DNA of 64,000 nt, from NCBI RefSeq assembly GCF_006345805.1, contig NC_043001.1, positions 105,524,001 to 105,588,000 on the forward strand, read 5' to 3'. Below the pieces are notes generated by a model. It was not told the DNA's origin. It searched no databases and saw only the letters and a program-made list of their open reading frames with translations. Shown in pieces: positions 41,221 through 53,164 of the stretch. Source of the stretch: Octopus sinensis. Its lineage: Eukaryota. The translations under genes and the position numbers were made by a program. Numbering within the stretch: position 1 is the stretch's first letter; every line of letters starts with the position of its first letter.

Positions 41221-41353
41221 ATTCTTTTACTCTCTTACATGCTTCAGTCATTTGACTGCGGTCATACTGTAGCACCAACTTTAGTCGAACGAATCGAACC
41301 TCGAGGCTTATTCTTTGTAAGTTTATTACTTATTCTATTGGTCTCTTTTGCTG
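41221..41353 (-). mobile_element. SINE family A tail fragment
   Basis: ttcagtcatttgactgcggtcatactg...ttagtcgaacgaatcg. Confidence 0.7.
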
Positions 41354-41947
41354 TACGCACGTCTACTCATGCACCAATTATTACCATAAACATACATAAT
41401 ATTAAATTATATTTAACATGATAAAGCAGTCAATTTTACCAACAATAATATAATATATAAACTCAGTTCAATCACTCGAATGTGCAGGTAAATATTTACC
41501 AGCGATGTAAACAATTATTTTATTTCTATTTTCCTAGGGTACAAATGGAAAACGATATTCCATCGATAACTGCAAATTAGTTGAAATTTAATGAATAAAT
41601 CTATCTTGAACTTTTCTAAAGATTTCAAAGTTGCATAAGTGGTTTGATAATTACAGAGTTTCAATGATTGTTTATCAATTAATGTTCACATACTTACGTA
41701 CACACTCACATGCATGCTTACACGCAGACACATACACATACAAGAATATATATCTAATGAACAAGCAAATATATTTAAGCATATAAAAGTATATATTTAA
41801 TATATTTAAATATATATTTAAGCATATGTATAAATGTATATTTATATATGTCAAAGTGTATACAAGCTTACATACATACATTTGTGTGTATGTGTGTGTA
41901 TGTGTGTGCATGATCTACAGCTCGAATGAAATTTAGAAGGATTTATG

Positions 41948-42395
41948 AGTGACTACGTGATAAGTAGGTTGCTTACCAACCATGTTGTTTTGGTTTCAGT
42001 CTCACTGAGTGGCACCTTCGGCAAATGTCTTCTACTATAGCCTTGGGCCGACCAAATCTTTGTGAGTCGATTGGGTAGAGGGCAACGGAAAGAAACCCGT
42101 CGTAAATATATATATATATATATATAATATATATATATATATATGTGTGTGTATGTATGTATATGTATGTATATTTGTGTATTTTTTTTGTGTGTGTGTT
42201 TGTCCCCCGAACATCGCTTGACAATCGACGCTGGTGACATTACGTCCCGTAACGTAGCGGATTAGCAAAGTGGCCGATAAAATAAGTACTCAGCTTACAA
42301 GGAATAAGTTCTGGGGTCTATTTGATAGACTAAAGGTGGTGCTCCAGCATGGCTGCAGTCAAATGACTGAAACTTGAAACCAGTAAAAGATAAAA
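41948..42395 (+). mobile_element. SINE family A, full length
   Basis: gataagtaggttgcttaccaacc...ggtggtgctccagcatggctgcagtcaaatgactgaaac. Confidence 0.9.
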
Positions 42396-42863
42396 TTACT
42401 TTGCTTTTGTTTCTTATTATTTTATTACTTCATTTTCGAAAAAAGATTCAAGAAATATTTGTTATCGAAGCAAGATCTTGAACTTCCTGAAAGCATCGAA
42501 AGTTTGACTATAGTAGTGATTCAACTGACATATTTGATATATTTCCGACAGAAATATTGCTTTCGCTCCCATTGGTCATATTAGAGACGAGCTCGGAAAA
42601 GTAAAATTGATAAGATAAAAGATATAAAATTGCTTGAGTCTCACCGAAAAACGGTTAAAGAAACATGTGCTTGTTTAGTGATGTGCCTATAGAGATCTTT
42701 ACTTCAGTATTGTTCCTCGCAACCCCAGAAGGTTTTCATTTATATGAATTAATGATATGTTTATATCCATATCACACTACACAGACATACGACGAAAGTC
42801 TCTTCAAAGCAAGAGAAGGGCTGCATTACTGCATTTACATGTCGCCTTTAAAGTCATACCGTT

Positions 42864-43236
42864 GAGGCCCTGTGGTTAGGCCAGCCGACTCGCAGTCACG
42901 GGATCTCGGATTCGATTCCAAGAGCGGGCGTTTTGAGTATTTATTGAGCAAAAACATCTAAAGCTCTACGAGGCTCCGGTAGGGGGTAGTGGTGAACCTT
43001 GCTGTACTCTTTCACCACAACTTTCTCTCACTCCTTGTTCCCGTTCTTGTTGTACCTGCATTTCAAAGGGCTATCCTTGGCACATTGTGTCACGCTGAAT
43101 CTCCCGGAGTACTACGTTAAGGGTTAAGGGTAACGTGTCAGTGCAGTGCTCAACTACTTGCACATAAATTTCACGAGCAGGTTGTTCCGTTGATCGGGTC
43201 GACTGGAACTCGCGTCGTCGTAATCGACGGAGTGCG
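42864..43236 (+). mobile_element. SINE family C, full length
   Basis: tRNA-like head ggccctgtggttagg...ggattcgattcc; body gctgtactctttcaccacaactttc; tail gtcgtcgtaatcgacggagtg. Confidence 0.85.
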
Positions 43237-43559
43237 ACGGTAGTTGTACGAGAAATAAACCCACGTGCAACTGCTATATGATTCTCAATCAATTTAAGAA
43301 CACAGCATATAATTTCCTAAAGTTACAAAGAAATATTTGTGTAAATAAACTGGGCTTGAAGCTCAAATGATTACATTTGTCTGGAAAAAAAACTCGTTTA
43401 TTTTTATTGTGACTCGTTTTGCAATCTATAAATCTATATAATTTACTTTTTCAAGTTGAAATATTATTTAAAACTTAAAGTAATATTTACAGTTGAAAGC
43501 ACTCTTCTATATTGCTATATTTTGGAAAATATTTTAGTTTGTTTAACAAAATCACTGTA

Positions 43560-43630
<71 letters not shown>

Positions 43631-43683
43631 ATCTATCTATCTATTTATCTATCTCTCTCTCTATATATATATCTGTCTGTATG

Positions 43684-43809
<126 letters not shown>

Positions 43810-44365
43810 TCTCTATCCATTTATTCACCTATCTGTCTACCGATATATATATATAGACATACACACACAAACATACACAAACATACACACACACACATAT
43901 ATGAATGCCTCTACGTGTACATATATGTATAAGTGGATATATGCAATGCAGTCAGTAAAAAGCTTAAAGATCAAAGCCATACATAAAATTTACTCAATTA
44001 CTAGAAACTGCAGAATTATTATTATTTATTTTCTTTCAGTAATACCAGACTTTGAATTAAGAGATTTTTGTCTCAATTTTTTATAGATAGTCATGTCTGA
44101 AAAACCAAAAACAAAAAATACAATTCTAAGTAAACAAACAGTATAATCACCAACACACCCATACGTATGCATATAAATTAGTATGCATATGGGAGAGCAT
44201 GGTTCGCTGTATCTAAATTGAGGAATATTTTTTTTAAATGGCCAACAATGAACGATCAGCGTGATTCATAAAAAAACTATTAGGCACCTTGTATTCTTTT
44301 AGAAATACGATTATGTTAACATCTTTCTCCCCCGTCTTAAAACATTATTCATTATAAAACATAAT

Positions 44366-45189
44366 TCATTTAGGTACATCACCTCTTTCGAAATAGTCAC
44401 TTTCCGCTGGAATACACTGGTCCCAGCGTTTCTGCCAGTTTTGGCACCCGGCCTGCAAGTCATTTTCCGTAAGCGAGTCGAGGACCTTCTGCGATTCGGT
44501 CCGGATCTCGACAACGGTGTTAAAACGACGTCGTTTGAGCTGCATTTTCATATCGGAGAAATGCTGGAAGTCCGCAATTGATAAATCTGGCGAATACGGC
44601 GAGTGCGAGGGCGAGACCCTCATGTTTTGGAGAACTCGGTCACAGGGTACAATGCGTCTGTGAAGAATCAAATTTTTCCGCTCCATGTACCCGGTCGCTT
44701 TCGCAATATGTCCTTCCACAAACCTTTCAAAATGTCGCGTTAGAACTCTTGGTTGACGGTCTGGGACTGAGTGGGAGGTATGTGGGTAGGGGTTGATGCA
44801 GAAATCACATTTCTGAGCGTAACACTCGTGGTAGGTCTTCGGAATCGCTCATCGTCTTCGAAGGAGGTTATTCTGCTTTTGAAGTGCCGGTGTCACTTGC
44901 AACTTTCTATACGACCCATTAATTCATCCCCGAAGCTTGCCGAAGCATGTTCAATGCCACTGTAGCAGTCTTGCCAAGTTTAATGCAAAACACCACATTG
45001 ATTCTTTGTTCCTGTCAGTAACAGCAGGCAGCACACAGAGATCTTCATAACTTGTAAAGTTTTCACAGCGATGTCACTTCGCACACTGCTTTACGAAAGT
45101 TACTGCTAGGCCTCACTACCCACGTGACCGTGTGCTGCCTTTGTTGGCGCGCTACAGTACTAGTTCGAAGACCTTTTAATATCTCCTCT

Positions 45190-45190
<1 letters not shown>
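44366..45190 (-). mobile_element. Internally deleted mariner transposon relic
   Basis: N-terminus EQRINVVFCIKLGKTAT..FGDE..FKS..SFEDDER.RRPTTS (44830-45013) and C-terminus HSPYSPDLSIADF..QKRWDQCI..YFE (ORF 44366..44719). TIR-like accttttaatatctcctctta at about 45170-45190. Confidence 0.85.
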
Positions 45191-45276
<86 letters not shown>

Positions 45277-45824
45277 ATATATACATATACACACACATAT
45301 ATATATGTATATATATATATATATATATATACATAAAACACACCGAACTTAATGCTATTTGTATTTGTCCAACGACTATACATGAGATTTAGTATATCAT
45401 TGTTAGAATGAAATCAATACCTCCCTGTTCATATCTTTTCCTAATGACCACAACAGTCACCGCACTCAAGGGCTCCACTTTACGATCCATTAATATTTAT
45501 TTGGGACATGATCAACCTCCATATTTGTTGCTTTCCGATATGACTCTCATCATACAACGAACATAGACAATCATATATATCAGAATACGGTGTCGCTAAT
45601 CTTCTGCAGTCTGCGTAAGGATTTGGAAACAAATCAACGAAAGACTTTTGTTGTGTCTGTTGGTGAATTTTATATTACATTTCAGCAGTCATTTATCTTT
45701 GTATTTTGTGTTTCTTTCTGTATAAATGACCGGCAAACAATGCAACAATGTATGTAATACGGTAAGAAAAGTTGCTCAACTGGCCGAGAATAACCTACTT
45801 TATCAATAGTCCTTTCTACACATC

Positions 45825-46210
45825 GCGGCGAGTTGGCAGAAACGTTAACACGCCCGGCGAAATTCTTTGAGGTATTTCGTCTGTCGTTACGTTCTGAGTT
45901 CAAATTCCGCCGATGTCGTCTTTGCCTTTCATTCTTTCGGGGTCGATAGATAAAGTACCAGTTTCGCACTGGAGTCGATGTAATCGACTTAATCCGTTTG
46001 TCCTCTCTGTGTATAGCCCAGTGTGGGTAGTAAAGAAATAGGTATTTCGTCTGTCGTTATGTTCTGAGTTCAAATTAAACCAAGGTCTACTTTGCCTTTC
46101 ATCGTTTCGGGGTCGATAACTTAAGTACCAGTTGCCTATTGAGATCGATCTAATCGACTGACCCCCTCCCCCAAACTTTCTGGCCTTGTACCTAGAGTAG
46201 AAAAGAATAT
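45825..46210 (+). mobile_element. SINE family B tandem dimer with two different tails
   Basis: Unit 1 is 45825-46040. Unit 2 (46041-46210) restarts at ggtatttcgtctgtcgtta and diverges after aatcgact. Confidence 0.85.
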
Positions 46211-47434
46211 TCCTTTCTACTCAACTCACGTCAAAGATACTTTCGTTATATTTCATTAACATGACGACCATTTAAAAGAGAAATTTAGCTTTGCTTTTCA
46301 AATATGTGTGTCTTCCATATTCCACGATATTGCATGTTTAATTATTGAGAAATTAGTAGCAGTTGTGTTGTAATTACCTTGCCAGTTCCATATCCTACAG
46401 GCATATATGCTATCTTATAAGTAAGAAAATATGGCATAAATTATGAGCAGTTGATAGTCATATAACACATGCAGTACTTCCACGAGGGCGTTCCATGTTG
46501 CTGCATTCATGTGCGTTTCCTGTCACATGGTAGGTTCATGCAGAACACTTGACAAATAGGAGATCCAATTTTTTTTAAAGAATAATATCGCCGAGACGAC
46601 GACGGTTTTATTTCTAGGGAACTTTCTAATTAAAAGGCGTCATAGTAATGCAACCTAGGTTGCTAATGCAAAATTTGTGCAGCTGCCATTATCATAAACC
46701 GAGGGTATCTTTTAATAAAGAAAATGTAATTAAATGAAAACGATAATTATCTTCAAATGTTGTGTAATTCAAATTAGCTAATAAATAACTGATAGAAATA
46801 TAAGAGAAGTACTACGGTACTACACCATATCTACAGTTAACATTACACAACGAAGAATAACCAATTAAAATATACACGTCACTTGAAATGCTACTCGTCC
46901 CAATCACTTGCTAGCCCTTAAGTAGATTCCAAAATTATCAGATGTGTATTCCTATAGATTTTCAACAGTTCAAAGAAACGTCGGGAGCCTGCCCTCTCAT
47001 CAGACCAATCGCAAGGATTGTCCTCTGCATATATATCTTGGGGGAGTTTTTTATACGTGATTAACGTTCAATGATAGAAAAGACTACCAACAACTTTGGG
47101 GAAAATATACAGTCTTCATCATGCTACATTGAATACTGCTGTGACACGTGATAATTATATATACACCCAACACGTACAATTCGCACAACCAACTGATAAA
47201 CAACTACGTCTCACACATCCCACGAAGCTGCTTTATTGCCCGATTATAACTTCATAGAAGGCCCACCCGTTGCAATATCAACCACTAAAGTGTTTTGTCA
47301 CAGGTAACTGGCTAAAGTTATCGGTAGCTTCTGTGACATCGAATTTCTTGTGAGAAACTTCAATTAGCTTTAGCTAAATTCAAACTTTACCGTTTTGAAG
47401 AAGAGGACAATTATATAGTATATAGTCTTTATAA

Positions 47435-47779
47435 GGTGAAGGCGCATGACTCAGTTGTTATAGCGTCGAGCTTACGATCGTGAGGTTGTGAGCTCGAATC
47501 CCGGACCGGGCTGCGTGTTGTGTTCTTGAGAAAGACACTTTATTTTGCGTTGCTCCAGTCCACTCAACTGTAGAAATGAGTTGCGCTGTCACTGATGCCA
47601 AGCTGTATCGGCCCCTTTGCCTTTCCCTTGGATAACACTGGTGGCGTGGAGAGGGGAGGCAGGTATGTATAGGCGACTGCTGGTCTTCCATGAACAACCT
47701 TACCCGGACTTGTGCCTGGGAGGGTAACTTTATAGGTGCAATCCCATGGTATTGTCAGTGCCGTGACGTAAGGGGGTCT
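47435..47779 (+). mobile_element. tRNA-derived SINE family D with CORE-like centre
   Basis: A box tgactcagttg, B box gctcgaatcc, then gttgtgttcttgagaaagacacttta...ctgtagaaatgag resembling the CORE domain. Confidence 0.75.
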
Positions 47780-50357
47780 AAGTTTTTATAATGTAATACC
47801 CGAGAAATTGTTGGCGAGTTCGTGGTTTGCACGTCTTCGATCATAGAACAACATAATGCAAGACTGTCATGCAACTGAAAATGTCAGTGACCTATAAACA
47901 TTTCAAAGGAACATCACCATCCATAATTTCAGTATTATAGGAAGCCATGCAAATATTTTGAATATTACCGCTTCTCATCTGACATGGGAAAAGACAGTAA
48001 AAAATTAACAAATTTTCAACATCTTTATGCATTATTATGTACGTACAGAACTGAAAGTAATTCTTTTATTTGGAGCTTAACGATTGTTTACTTGTAGACA
48101 TGTTCAATAACGTGCTGTTTGTATGAAAATTTAACAGGTTATGTATTTGTATTATGATACGTACGAAAGAATAAGTTCTTTTTTAATTAGTCGTATGAGA
48201 TGATTCCACCATATATTAGAAGATTCATTAATGCATGCACATCCTACAGACACGCACACAAATCATGTAATCGCACGTGGACACACAGACATACACAAGT
48301 TATCTAATTTCTCAGTTGGTCGCGCTTGAGAGTCCAACCGGAAAATCTAATGATGTTCGCTTTTAAAAGAGCCCTATATAGGAGATGCTTCTGAATTCTG
48401 CCAAAAAGTACCCACCTAGGAAAAGTGAACGGCGAAGTTAAGTCTGAATGTGTGTTTGTGTGCCACTACGCACACACGTGCGCGTACACACACATATATA
48501 TAGCATATACGTGAGCTACAATTGCCGATTCAAAAATGGCCAATGACAGAAATTTAACTTCAAATTTGATGGATGATATATTAAATATCATACAATATAA
48601 ATTATTTTTATACAGGAATATTACTGATAACAGCCATAGCCCCTACTCTCTATAAGAAGTGTGAATATGAGAAAGTTATTTCTCTTTTATTTCTGCGAAA
48701 TAGATTCGAAACTGTTCTAAATTGGTTTATTATATCATTCTGTTCTAGAATTTTTTTGTATCTGTAATATATTAAAATCTAAGTAGTGTGTGAACAAGAA
48801 GCTACAACTGTCTTACTGATGCAAAAATAACTGAAATCGCTTTTACAAAATCAGAATGCAATGTAAATCTTTGCCTGTGTTAATCTGACATTGGTAATAG
48901 TTACAGACAGGCCATTATACCTATTTGGGTGAGTTGTGGCATGTCAGAGCTTAAGTAGATATGTAAGATGTTAACTGACAGCTAATGATTTGAAATAATT
49001 TCGCAGAGACCAAACATTCTACTAAAGTGTTCACCAGACCGATTCGTTTCATTAACTTTATTTTAAGAATATTTATCATATAATGACAGCCACAATTCAA
49101 TGGAGAGCAGGAAGTTTCGATTTCACGCCTGAAGTTTCTGTCATGATAAATAGTGTTAATTAGTTATGGAATAACATCTTCGTTATCTATCATATATGTT
49201 GCTAATTTAACCTTTTGGATATTACAACCATATTTCAACTAATCATTCTGTATAATACGAAACGGTGAGAAATTTTCTTATGAACAGACATTCCGTTTCT
49301 CCACCTCGACAAAAATCTACTAAGCGGCAGTATTTTATTTTATACACCTATAAAATTTGATCGAATGTGACAGGAGTAATATGTTTTTTTTTTCTTTTTA
49401 CATTGGCACTTGTAATTACTTGTAAATTATATTCTCTGCTGATTTGCGCAACATCTGTGTATCAAATCAATATTGTTAATAGCATCTTTAAGTTCAATAA
49501 ATCTACTCAGATGTGTCATTCGCTATGAAATTCTAATCATTGAATTACTAAACAACCGGGAATGTTTAGTGGTTTTTCATTTGTTTAAATTATAGAAAGT
49601 TCATTATTATAAATCCAGTGAGTTTTTTTAATATTATAATTTAATTAAGACATTATAATCATTAGTATGTTGCCCCTAAAAAAACTATAAAACAATTGAC
49701 GAGTGTAACCACTCGTTTAACTTATATATTTAGATACCAATGTGTTTGATGACAGATGTATATGACTCACAAAATAAAGCAAGTATGATGTGTTGAAGGC
49801 AAGAATGAAAGGATCGTTGGTAATTACAGGGGTCCCCCCTTTTATGTGACGTTGTACAACTGCTAATTATAAAACAAATTATTGATGGATACTCTCTGTC
49901 TCTGTTACATATCTATATACATATGTGAGAATGTGTGCGTGTACAAATGTTTTAGTTAATCTGTGTCATGTCTTAAATTGTTCAGTTTGCAGGATTAACA
50001 AGAGTCCCGTATAATGAAGATGAAGGAGACTGGGGTTTCAAATAGGAAATCTCTCGTGAGTAAACGTTTTCTTGATATGCTAAACTATTTCATAATAATA
50101 CTGTCACTATAACATTAACGGATTATAGAATATAAAGTTTGCATAACGAACTCCTACGTTCCTACAAATCATTAACATACCCAACCCCAGAAATGCGTCT
50201 AGTGTGTAAATTGGTATATCCCAAAACTTAACACTGGTGTATGCGGTGGCTCTATAAGCCATGTGTTCGGAGGTATATAATAACAATAATGATAATAATA
50301 ATAATAACAATAATAATAATAATAAAAATAATAATAATAATAGTAATAATAATAAAA

Positions 50358-50912
50358 GCCCTGATGCAGTACCAGGCAGTGGCTCTCATGGCTTCTGATT
50401 TTAACTGATTGGAAGTGTTATCATGTACATTGTTTTGTCTTGGTATAAAAGATGGGCTACAGCAAATATTCTGCTCAATACCACAGATTTGCTTGTCAGT
50501 TGTTTGACCTTAACCAGTTGAGCATGTCCCTTAGTGGCTGACGATATGTGCATCTCTGATCACGAGCAGAAGTAGTGGGGGAGCATCATAGCCATGTGTT
50601 GAGAGGGATTCTTTGGGGTTTGAATAGTTCACCTCTGGAAACATGGGTGGTTCTTTCAACATCCTTAAGCAACCCTTATTCAGGGACCGTTTGAGCGGGA
50701 TGGGCTACTCAACCTGAAGAAAATTCTAACTGGGCCCCACCTCCAAGGTCATGTGCTGTTTATCTTGACATGAGATCACCATGTCGCGCACATATGGTTG
50801 TGATGCATGTGTCTGGTGTACCTTTATCAGACGGGTAGTCATGATGGGTATATTGGGCTTCGTATATTTTACCCCAGTGTCACTTTGATGGCATGAACTG
50901 CTCTCTCACTCA
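50358..50912. mobile_element. Unclassified 555-bp non-coding element embedded in (TAA)n
   Basis: GC-richer block with sharp edges; (TAA)n on both sides (50278-50356, 50914-50940); no ORF or pol III boxes seen. Confidence 0.6.
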
Positions 50913-50994
50913 GTAATAATAATAATAATAATAATAATAAGAAGAAGAAGAAGAAGAAGAAAAAGAAGAAGATGAAGAAGAAGAAGAAGAAGAA

Positions 50995-51485
50995 AAGGTC
51001 ACAGAAAACGAGAAAGCAACCATACTCTGGGATATGCCGATACACACAGATAGAGAAATTAAGGCCAACAGACCAGATATAGTTGTCAGAGATCATGAAG
51101 AAAAAAAATGCTTTCTAATTGATGTATCAATACCGGCAGATGACAACGTGTCTCTAAAAAAAATGGAGAAACTCTCAAAATACAAAGACCTGGAAATAGA
51201 GGTAACTAGAATGTGGAACCTGAAAACAGAAACAATTCCTATCATAGTAGGTGCATTAGGCATGATAAAAAAATATTCAGACAAATACATAACAAAAACA
51301 CCAGGACTTACAAACACATATAACATACAGAAAATTGCACTACTAGGCACTGCACACATCCTACGCAGAACACTTTCCATACAATAACCATCAGAGCATC
51401 ACAACAAATCACAGCACATACCCAAGGCACACAGAGCTGCGCTCGGTAGTGAAGTGAAAGCACGCTATAAAAATAAAACTACTGA
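50995..51485 (+). mobile_element. 5'-truncated Dong/R4-clade RLE non-LTR retrotransposon
   Basis: In-frame KVTENEKATILWDMPIHTDREIKANRPDIVV..LIDVSIP..KYKDL..GALG..IQKIALLGTAHILR, about 100-bp 3' UTR, then (TAA)n. Confidence 0.9.
51034..51387 (+). CDS. RLE endonuclease C-terminal fragment of Dong/R4 element (not an independent gene)
   Basis: RPDIVV...LIDV nuclease motif; frame open to the stop. Confidence 0.8.
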   Translation: MPIHTDREIKANRPDIVVRDHEEKKCFLIDVSIPADDNVSLKKMEKLSKYKDLEIEVTRMWNLKTETIPIIVGALGMIKKYSDKYITKTPGLTNTYNIQKIALLGTAHILRRTLSIQ

Positions 51486-53164
51486 ATAATAATAATAATA
51501 ATAATATTAAGAAGAAGAAGAATGTGTATCTACGTATTATATATATATATATATATATAGGGTGGGAAAAGGAGAGAGAAAAGAGAGAAAAAGAGAGGGA
51601 AAGATGTGATTGTGCTGGAAACATTGTTAAGGTTTGCATTATTCCAGATACTTCACTGGCAGCAAGATGGTGGATTCATTATCACACAGTACCAAACGTT
51701 TAGCAGCATTTCCTCCAAATTTACGTTCTGTCTTGAAATATTAATGCTGGGATCGATAAAATGATTAAATAAATACCACTGGAACACTGTGTTTGATATG
51801 ATCGACTTCCCTATCCCTCACGTATTCTGACCTCGTGCCAAAATATGAAAGGATTATCTTAGATGTTTCTAAGGCGTCCCAGGAGCTGAGTTGGGTGAAC
51901 AAATTGTTAGTGACGTTCCTTTCTACTCATTACGTTCGGAATATGAATTCCGCCAAGTCCTGCTTCGCTTTCATCGTTTCAGTGTCGATCTCATAAGTAC
52001 CAGTTGAATGCTGGGGTCCATGAAATGGAAATACATTTTCTCTTGCAGTTACTTGCTTTCGCCAATATTGGAAACCATTATAACAGATACTTCAACCTGG
52101 CTGGACAGAATTACTTGGTATTACTATAATTAAACTTAAATATAAATTAATATTTTTTCCTAAAATAAACAACATACAAAATATGAAAATTGCTTCTGGG
52201 GAAAAACAGAATTGTCTCATTCTATTCACAACAGCAGATTGCGAGTAAAATTTATGTTGTGGGGTATCAACCAATATAATTTAGCCGATAAGATAGTATT
52301 TGAAATACCAGGCATTAAAAATAAAAATAGACGCCGTTTCTCTTACTTGCAGCACGTTTTAGCGTTCGTTCAAACATTAATGATAACTTTCGATTAAGTT
52401 CCACACGCAACTTGTGAATCGTCAACGTGTCTTTGGATATGCAAATTATGTACACTATCAGCATTAAAATGAAGTCACTGTACGATGAAATAAACATTTG
52501 TTTTCAATGTTGCTGTCGATCGTCAATGAGATTAGAGGCAAAAATTTTAATTTGAATCAGGAAAGACAAGAAAACACTTAAAGCGGTATAACTTAAAAGA
52601 TTAGTCGGCGTCAGTCATTCTCTCGGCTATCTGCTAGTGTTTTTTTCACTTTGTTGGCATTATGTTTTTATCCCATGTAATACAAGTAGAATGCTAGGAT
52701 TACGCACCCGCAAGAAAGACTTAGGTACAGGTTTGTGCTTAAGTGAAATTCCATCCAGACGAAACTCATTAGCAACTATTCAAAGTTTAGTAGATTTTTT
52801 TCATATCTCCCCATTGGGTTTCCCAAGCAAAACGAACCAGACAACAGATTAAATCCAATACTCATAATTTTGGTTTTTATGAAAAATAAAATGCGATAGA
52901 AAATATATTTTGAAATGTAGAAGAATTGAGGATTGCTTCGGTTTTCTTTTCTCCTGAAAATATATTTCTTCGGTGTAAATCGATTCCATAAAGAAAGAAT
53001 TTGTTTGGAATTTTTCAACATTAGTCGATTCTATCCATTTTATGCAAAATGGCAACAAAATGTGTGATGTTAATGCCTAGAGTTATCGGTTTTGGTGATG
53101 CGTTGGAAAGAAAAGTATTTTGCACGGAATAGAAATTCGAATCGTGAAAATAAGAAAAAAGCAT

